Part shown: in pieces, positions 54,827 to 64,000 of the stretch
How the letters are laid out: every line of letters starts with the position of its first letter
How positions within the stretch are numbered: position 1 is the first letter of the stretch
From: Octopus vulgaris
Lineage: Eukaryota
DNA length: 64,000 nt
Direction: 5' to 3'
Assembly: GCA_951406725.2 (NCBI GenBank)
Contig: OX597825.1
Coordinates: 55,986,001-56,050,000 of the forward strand
Program-made: the position numbers and the translations under genes
The notes under the pieces: model-generated
Seen by the model: the letters and a program-made list of their open reading frames with translations, nothing else
Told to the model about the DNA's origin: nothing
Databases searched by the model: none

Positions 54827-54940
<114 letters not shown>

Positions 54941-55022
54941 CATTCATTCGTACATACATACATACATATATGCAGACATATATGTGCGCGCGTGGGTGTG
55001 TAAATATATATGTATATGCACT

Positions 55023-55070
<48 letters not shown>

Positions 55071-55106
55071 CATACTTAGGAGAGCAAAAGCTGTGGATAG
55101 ACAGAC

Positions 55107-55144
<38 letters not shown>

Positions 55145-55248
55145 TGTAGGTAGATAGATAGATAGAGAAACTTGCTAAATCAAGTCTGATCGATTTCGAT
55201 CCCAGCTGGGAGCTATTTCCAACCTTTTCTAGCAGTTAACTTTTTCGT

Positions 55249-55310
<62 letters not shown>

Positions 55311-55367
55311 CCTACTCAGACATATTTCGTGCTGTCTGTGAGTGAAATGAAACAGTAAAGTTGTGAA

Positions 55368-55402
<35 letters not shown>

Positions 55403-56031
55403 ATATGTAAATAAATAAGGATTACGGTGGCTGGAGAAGAAGGAAGGGAAGACAAGCATTCTCGTAAGTCAATAAGTTTGATCGTAGTCCTGGTGATTGG
55501 AGTGGATCTATATGTATGAATGTGAGTTTGTGTGTGTTGGTGCGTTAGAAACTACATAATATATTGTCCCGTTAATGGAACTGAAACTCTGTGTGTGTAC
55601 ATACATACACACACACACACACATACACACATATATATATACATATGAATATGTACATATATGCATGTATAAATACACACATACACATATATGTGTATGT
55701 GCATACGAAGACAGATGTATATAGATATAATATATTTCTGCATAAAAGCGAAAAACAAATTATTTCGTTTATTTATTATATAAAACTCACAATCAAACTC
55801 ACACGCACATATATACATACATACATACATACATATATATATGTATATATATATGTATATATATATACATATATGTATATATATATATCTATATATATAT
55901 ATATATATATATTTATAAATATATATATGTATGTATGTATATGTCTACATACACATGCACGAACATGAGTATATGTGTCATATGTGGGGTGCATATGCAT
56001 TTGCATATATATATATATATACATGTACATA

Positions 56032-56071
<40 letters not shown>

Positions 56072-56664
56072 CATATATACATATATATATATATATATGT
56101 CCATATATACATATATACATATATATATATGTGTGTGTGTGTATACATATATACCTGTTTATCTGTATATGCATATATGTGGATATATCGATGCCTGTAT
56201 GTATGTAAGGGAGAAGCTTGTATGTGCGTATATATATGTGTGCGTTTGTGTGTGTGTGTGTGTGTGTATTAAAAATATATAAACAGACGACAAGACTTTC
56301 TAAATTGATTGGTGAGAATCGCTTAAGAGTGTGAGTTATTGTTAGAGTGCTGAAGGGAACGTCTCTATGTGTGAGTAAGAGGTTGTCCGTTTGCATACTG
56401 TGTGTCCATTTTGTGTGTTTGTGTGTGAGTGTATGTGCGCGCGAGCTATCTATGTCTTTGTGTCTGCGTCTTTGGCTGTGGCTGTGAGTATCCGTGTGAA
56501 GAAATACATAGACGCGGGAGCGCACGCTCATTGATTTGGTTCGATTGATTTTTTAAAAAGATATAAATTTATATTAGCAAGTTTCGAACGTTACAAGAAA
56601 GTATATTTGTGTGTGTGTGTATTTATACACACACACTCACACACACACACACATATTTATATAT

Positions 56665-56715
<51 letters not shown>

Positions 56716-57062
56716 CACCCCCCACACACATATAGATACATTATATATATATACATGTATAATAGGTATATACATATGTACTGATATGTATATAATTATA
56801 TACCTACGTACATATATATATATAAGTATATACATATTGAAGTATATATATGTTTATAAGTATATACATATATATCTACACACATACATAAGCTCAAGTA
56901 AACGTTACAGATACGTGCATACGTACATTCACATCAACGCATGCATACACACACATGCACACACACACAGAAGTTTAAACATACACGCTAGCATAAGATA
57001 AACATGCAACCGTAGTGTACACACAACAGAAATGCAATTAGTATAGAAATGTACGTACATGT

Positions 57063-57093
<31 letters not shown>

Positions 57094-57279
57094 AGGGCGA
57101 AGGCATACATGCAAAAAGGCACACACATGTTATAGATAGAGAAATAGAGAGATAGGTAGATAGATAGATAGTGATATGCTTACTTATACAATGAGACAGA
57201 GAGAAATGCCATTTAGTAAGAAGGGGTAAAATCACATGTAAAAAATAGAAAAGGAATTTGTTAAGTCACAATAAGTAAA

Positions 57280-57284
57280 TAATG

Positions 57285-57342
<58 letters not shown>

Positions 57343-57350
57343 TAATAATA

Positions 57351-57382
<32 letters not shown>

Positions 57383-58030
57383 AACAGCAGCAACAATAGG
57401 AGCAACAGCAATAACATCCATAATAGCTGTTATTGTTGTGTTGTAGTTATCATTACTATTATTATTACCGCTGTATTTGTCAAATAAATGAGGGAAAAGC
57501 AGTAGGAGAAGTCTAAGGAAAAGTAAAAGGTGATGGAAAGAATAATCTAAGAAGAGGAAAGGGAGGAAGATAGATGATGATGATGATGATGATGAGGACG
57601 AAGAAGAAGGAGAAGAAGAAGAAGAAGAAGAAGAAGAAGAAGAAGAAGGAGAAGAAGAACAACAACAACAACAACAAAAACAACAATAACAACAAGAACA
57701 AGAAGAAGACCAGCAACAACAGCAACATGGAATAGAATGAAAAGGAGCTGGAGAAACTGAGGGAGGAGGAGAAACAGTAGGAGTAAAGCGGGCAACTAAG
57801 GGCGGAGGTGAAGAAAACGGCTGAGACTCAAGAAAAGGAGACGGAAAGGGAGGAAGAGGAGGAAGCGGGGAAGAGGAAGAAGAAGATTGGTAGGAAGCAG
57901 TAGGGGAGAGGAAGAAGAGGAGGGGAAGAAGGGGAGGAGGCAGTGGATAGAAGTAGCAATAGTAATGACGATGATGACAAAGAAAAAGAAGAAGAAAAAG
58001 AAGTAAAGGGAGGAGGAGGAGGAAGAGGAA
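57280..58030. repeat. Compound (AAT)/(GAT)/(GAA)/(CAA)/(GGA) low-complexity tract
   Basis: Visible directly. Confidence 0.9.
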
Positions 58031-58332
58031 AATATATATTTAAATGTGAGTGAAAAAACGAATGTGTATTGGCGAGGTTATTGATTGATGGTAAAATGTG
58101 CACTGGTGTAATCGATTCCAATCGAAAAATTGCACATTTTGCTTGCTTGTTATTGTTGTTGTTCATTTATGGCAATGGAGGTTGAAGGGGTGGGTGTTAT
58201 GTTTAGTTTTATATATAAGTGTACATATGCATACGTGTATGTATAAACAGATATACATTTATAAGTCTAATCACAGATATACATACACATATATGTACAT
58301 ATATGTGTGTGTGTGTGTACTTTATGTATTTT

Positions 58333-58363
<31 letters not shown>

Positions 58364-58648
58364 GTGTGTGTGTATATATATGCTTATATATGTTCATATA
58401 CATGTATATGTGTCTGTATATATATAGGCATACACATATGTATATATATAATTGTGTATGTGTGTTTGCGCGTGTGCGTTTGTGTGTGTGTAGGTATTTA
58501 TGAGTATTTATGTACGTGTCTCTATATGAACATATACACACACACATGCACGAATATATATATGTATAAACAAGAGTGTATGTATAAAATTACACCTGTA
58601 CGTATATACATACATATACACGTATGTAAGTATGTATGTACAGTTGTG

Positions 58649-58719
<71 letters not shown>

Positions 58720-58852
58720 GTATGAATATATATACATATGCCTGTTCATTGTATACTTGTGTATGTACATATGCGTATATGTGTTTATTTTTTAATATTA
58801 CCATTATTATTTGTTTTTATTAACATTATTCGTCTTCTTCTTCTTCTTCTTC

Positions 58853-58923
<71 letters not shown>

Positions 58924-58942
58924 ATTATTATTATTATTGTTA

Positions 58943-58992
<50 letters not shown>

Positions 58993-59596
58993 GTTATTAT
59001 TATTATTATTATTGTTATTATATAAAAGACATTATCATTATTATCATTGTTATAACATTACATAAAATTCCAATTCAAAATATAATAAATATACAAGGAA
59101 AACACACATAACCCCAAAAAGAAAGAACTATTAAACAGCGAGTGGAAAATAGGAAAATACCAATGAGAACAGCAAAAGAGGTAAACAGAATTATTAAGAC
59201 TGATTTCCTGAATACGCCAAGTAAATCCTCATTTAAATTCCTCTCCAAGAATTCAGAATAAAGAATATTTGAAAAAATCCACACAAATAATCATTGAGAA
59301 GAAATTAAAATAATAAAACTATTTTAAAATCATTCACCGTGTTGTTATAGTAGTTGTAGTTGTTATATTGTTGTTTTTGTTGTTGCTACTGCTGCTGCTG
59401 TTGTTGTTATTGTTGGCTTCTGGTTTCAGTTGTTCTTGTTTCATTTTGTTTATTTGTTTTACTTTTTGCATTTGTATTTTATGTTTTGTTTGCTTATATG
59501 TTGGTGTATATTCTTATATATATTAATGTCGCCTTGAACTGTAAAGTGAACATTTGCATGCATGCATGTGTTTGTACCCACATCACAAATATGTGC

Positions 59597-59629
<33 letters not shown>

Positions 59630-59893
59630 GGTGTGTGTGTATGCGTTTGCGCATTCATACACATATATAAAGATATGAAGATGTGTAAATAAATATTTGC
59701 GTGCTTAAATCACACACACGCATGTGCATTCACACACCCGCACATATATATGTATTCATACATATACGCATATACACATACGCCAACATTCACAACACCC
59801 CTATATATATGTATATATATGTATATATACACACACATATATATATATGTACATACACATGTATATATATATATATTCACACACACATACATA

Positions 59894-61148
59894 TTGGGTT
59901 GGTGAGAAAGTAATTTCCTTTTTTGCTGCAAAAAGAGTTACAATTTTATTAATGACTTTGCCAATGCAATGATTTTTTCCTTTGGACATTTGATAGCCGT
60001 TACTTTTAGCTAACTTTAGCAGTAAATTGCCCGTAATTTTGTTTACAGCTGTTAGTTCAGTGTCAATTTTAACATCGAGTAAAAAAGTGAACATTTTCGC
60101 TACATTTTGCTTTTTTTATTTTCGTAAGGCAAGAAAGATGTTGAGGTTCACAAAGAGATATGTGAAGTTTATGGTGTTGATTGCTTAACAGAATGTACAT
60201 GTCAGGAATGGTTTTAAAAATTCTCTTCTGGAGATTTTTCACTCAAAGATGATCAACGTTCTGTTTGACCTACTGAAGTTGATGATGACCGAATCAAAGC
60301 CATAATTGCGAGAGATTGCAGAGAGGTTACATGTATCACACACAACAATTGAAAATCACTTAAAATGTATTGGACTTGTTAAGAAACTCGACACTTGTGT
60401 TCCACATTAATTGAAAGATATTCACTTAATAAAACGAATCAATATTTGCGATATGCATCTCAAACGCAATGTAATCGACCTTTTTTTCAAAGGAACCGTC
60501 ACCGGTGATGAAAAATAGATTGTCTACAATAACAACAATCGAAATCGATCATGGTCCAAGTGCAATGAACTAGCACAAACCACATCGAAAGCTGAATTGC
60601 ATCAAAACAGGCCATGCTGTCAGTTTGGTAGGATTACAAAGGTGTTGTGTATTTTGAGCTACTTCCAAGGAACCAAACGATCAATTTAGATGTTTACTGT
60701 CAACAACTAATGAAACTGGAGTAATCAATCAAAGAAAAATAGCCAGTACTGGCAAATCCTAAAGGAATCATATTCCACCATGACAACGCTGGAGCACACA
60801 CGTTTTTGCTAACTCGGGAAAAATTATTGAAGCTCGGGTGGAAAGTGAGGTCACATCCACCATATAGCCCTGACCTCTCACCATCAGATTACCATTTGTT
60901 TCGAGGTTTGCAAAATTCTTTGAATGGTAAAACTTTCAATAATGTTGGTGATCGCACTTGCTTCAGTTTTTGGGTGATAAGCAGCAGACGTTTTATGAAC
61001 GCGGAATCATGATATTGCCAGAAAGATGACAAAAGATCGTCGAACAAAATGGAAAACATATAATTGATTAAAGTTCATTCTTTGTATGAAAACAAAAGAC
61101 TTTTAATTCACACACAAAAAAAAAAACGAAATTACTTTCTTGCCAACT

Positions 61149-61151
<3 letters not shown>
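59894..61151 (+). mobile_element. Full-length mariner (DD34D) transposon, pseudogenised
   Basis: TIRs ttgggttggtgagaaagtaatttc / gaaattactttcttgccaactcaa, TA flanks; VTGDEK*IVYNN, FHHDNAGAH, HPPYSPDLSPSDYHLF with 34-residue D-D spacing. Confidence 0.93.
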
Positions 61152-61212
<61 letters not shown>

Positions 61213-61218
<6 letters not shown>

Positions 61219-61244
61219 AGAAGGTTGAAAAGGAACACACGAGA

Positions 61245-61296
<52 letters not shown>

Positions 61297-61476
61297 GAAA
61301 ACAAGTCAGGGTAGAAAACGCTAAAATAATTTTATAGAAAACATTTTGGTGCTAGTTTCGGTCACAGAGATTTTTTCGACTGTAAATATGGAAAACAATT
61401 AAATTTTGGAAAAATTAAATGAAAAATATTTTAAAAGAATGTTTTCATAGTATTCAAATACAAGTGGCATTTTCCT
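61213..61476 (-). mobile_element. Older solo 3' pLTR of the same PLE family, with decayed hammerhead (61347-61382)
   Basis: Collinear with the reverse complement of ~49150-49380, including the tail gaaaaggaacacacgag. Confidence 0.85.
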
Positions 61477-61663
61477 TGTTTTTGCATGTCTCTATCTCAC
61501 TTGTTTACTCTTCTGGGTTCGACCTCGAAATTTGTCAAAATATTTTCGTCGCTTTGAACCCGCGACATGTTCATTGATAAAATTCCATGATACAGCTAGA
61601 ATCCTTGTCGTCGTAACAGATGGAATACCAGTAACATATGTGTGAGCGTGTGTGTGTGTGTGT

Positions 61664-61861
61664 TCTTTTATTGTTTTACTTGTTTCAGTCATTTGACGGT
61701 GGCCATTTTGGAGCACCACCTTGACAAATCGACCTCAGGAATTATTTTAAAGTCTAGTACTTATTCTATCGATTTCCTTTGCTGAATCTCTAAGTTACGG
61801 GGATGTACTCGCATGACTGCTTGATGTCAAGCGGTGATGGGGGGGTGCAATCACAGACACT

Positions 61862-61896
<35 letters not shown>

Positions 61897-62068
61897 GTAT
61901 ATACCGTGGGCATCTTTCAGTTTCCGTCTACCAAATCCACTCTCAAGCCTTTGGTCGGCCCGAGGATATAGTAGAAGATACTTGCTCAAGCTGCCACGCA
62001 GTGGAACTGGACTCAGATCCATGTGGTTGGAAAAAGCAAGCTCTTTACCAGACAGCCACGCCTGCGCC
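61664..62068 (-). mobile_element. SINE family A, diverged full length
   Basis: Matches 17863-18244. Confidence 0.85.
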
Positions 62069-62129
62069 TACACATACACACACACAGCGCGCACGCACAC
62101 ACACACATATATATATGTTAGTGTGGGAC

Positions 62130-62480
62130 CGGATGAATTGGTGGCTTTGGAATCCACTTGGCTTTATTATGATCCGACAAGGATACGCTGTCGATCCCGA
62201 CAAGTACTCTGCACATTTTACGGTGAAAAGCAGGCCGGCAGATTAGCGCTGTAGAATACAAAGTCATGTAAAATGGTAGAGCCGAACCACACACTCGTCA
62301 ATCTCGGACAAGGCGAAATGGAGTACGTCGATAAGTCTAAATATCTCAGAAGGTGTATTTGCAGCGACGGTGATACGGATGTTGAAGTCAAGACAAGGAA
62401 AGTTAACGCAATGCCAGTATTTCTACTCCTGTCAAAGATCATCTGCTTAAAGATAAATCTACGGCTATCTCCGCCAGTGA
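62130..62480 (+). pseudogene. RTE-like LINE fragment (post-RT region)
   Basis: VNLGQGEMEYVDKSKYLRRCICSDGDTDVEVKTR resembles the LE.VD.F.YLGS.I..DG...EV..RI motif. Confidence 0.55.
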
Positions 62481-63759
62481 AACTTTGGAGAAGACAGCGA
62501 AGATAGATACCTCAGTTGCTTGACATGTTCCATTGCTACGGACATAAGAAGCAAGTCTCTATCCTCCATGTCTTCTTTTGTTCTGCTTATTCCATTTTGT
62601 CTTTTTGTGGTATCTATCCCTATCTATGCATGCGTTTGCGCTTGTATTTGGGTGTGTGTGTGTGCGTGTATGTGTGTGTGTGTGATTGTGTGTGTATTTA
62701 TATGTTTAGCACGTCTTGTGTATGTGTATATGGATTTATGTATTACACTGTACTTGTGTTTTTTTAAGGGTTAACGAAAGTTTATACAACAAAGGAGTAT
62801 GATGAAAAGTAAATATACTAATTTGATTAAATGAGTTTATATCGTTTCTGAACTACATGTTATTGGGAAAATATCTGATGTCTCTACAGATGTAGATGTA
62901 TCACTGAATTTGATGAACACAAGACGAGAATGGCTCGTGGTGCTTATTTAATAATTTTGCTGCAAATGAATAGGTGTTACATAAATTATGATGTATATGA
63001 GGTACAGATATATTAATTAGGGGAGGGGAGCAAAATAAGAATCTATGAAACAAAATAAAATAGAAGAACATGATGACAGGTTAAAAGTGTTAATTTAATT
63101 AAGTGAGCTAATACCATATCTGCACTACATATCAGAGAAAGTAAAGTGTTAGGTAGCTCTATAGAGGTAGTTGTCTGACTGCATCTGGATTTGTAATAGA
63201 ATTTATGTTTTGAAACATTTATGAGAACAAGAGGGAAATGATTCATGCTGCTTACTTAATGACTGCGCTCGTTTATATGACAGTATCTGTATAGATTCCT
63301 TCACACATAACCAGCATTGAGTATTTTGGCCATGTTATGGAAGGTTCGAGTTAATGATGGATCAGGCTGTGCCATGGACTATATATTTTCCTTAAGGTAA
63401 TGTCTATGTTCTACAAGGGAATTAGATTTACTGTTTTTGCTACTGAAATGAATTTAAATACGCGGAGTATTTTCCTTATGTATAATAGTAACCCCAGTAT
63501 AAACCTTGATGGAGTTTCTGGAGTTTATTTAGGACTGATCATTTATATACAACGCCAACTATTTTTCAACGAGATAGTAGATGACAGTATTTGGCGGTAT
63601 TTGGCTTAGTAATCTTTCTATTTGGTGTATTATCATTAGTATAATTAGTACGTGTAGGGGTTTAAGTTAGGTCCTATTGATACGCTCTCCACATATGTAC
63701 CATTCTCCGTGCCATCTGTGCCATTGTTATAAGTATTGATGATAGACGGCATAGGTGTT

Positions 63760-64000
63760 TCCCTCTCTTGAGAGAAAGTAAATCTGGTTTTATTGATATG
63801 GTTGGAAGTTAGAGAAAAGGACATATTGAAAGCAGGAAAAAAAGAAAAGAACTTTACAAGAAGTATAAAAAGGACAAAGAAGCGATACTCAACAAGGGAC
63901 TGCACGATCAATTCCATGTAGCCACAACTGAAGGTGCTGGAGAACATAGGTGGGACTGGTTAAAGAAAGGAACACCTGATAAGGAGACTGAGAGAGAGAG
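63760..64000 (+). pseudogene. R4/Dong-like LINE fragment
   Basis: NKGLHDQFHVATTEGAGEHRWDWLKKGTPDKETE resembles the K.LHGQF...W.WL..G.LKKETE motif. Confidence 0.65.

Overview
AT-rich eukaryotic DNA dominated by microsatellites ((TA)n, (CA)n, (TATG)n, (TAGA)n, (ATT)n, (GGT)n) and mobile elements. The SINE families and repeat landscape suggest an octopus or other coleoid cephalopod (inference). No host protein-coding gene can be supported, and most ORFs in the track are microsatellite artefacts. The centrepiece is a very young Penelope-like retroelement (PLE) at ~45002-49376. It has an uninterrupted but 5'-truncated RT + GIY-YIG ORF (46651-48588), a 1.64-kb near-perfect inverted copy of its 3' half, a template-switch duplication at the junction, a 3' tail on one arm only, and a minimal hammerhead ribozyme (U3-A8 variant) in each arm. 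It is inserted in (TA)n. Read by eye, the window holds about 8-9 hammerhead-like motifs in four architectures: PLE pLTR type, one at the tip of a ~290-nt rod-like hairpin, one with a ~100-nt stem II, and a short dispersed family. The rest is decayed PLEs, R4/Dong, Tx1 and RTE LINE fragments, six Tc1/mariner relics, MITEs and tRNA-derived SINEs. All alignments and folds were done by eye, and boundaries of decayed elements are approximate.
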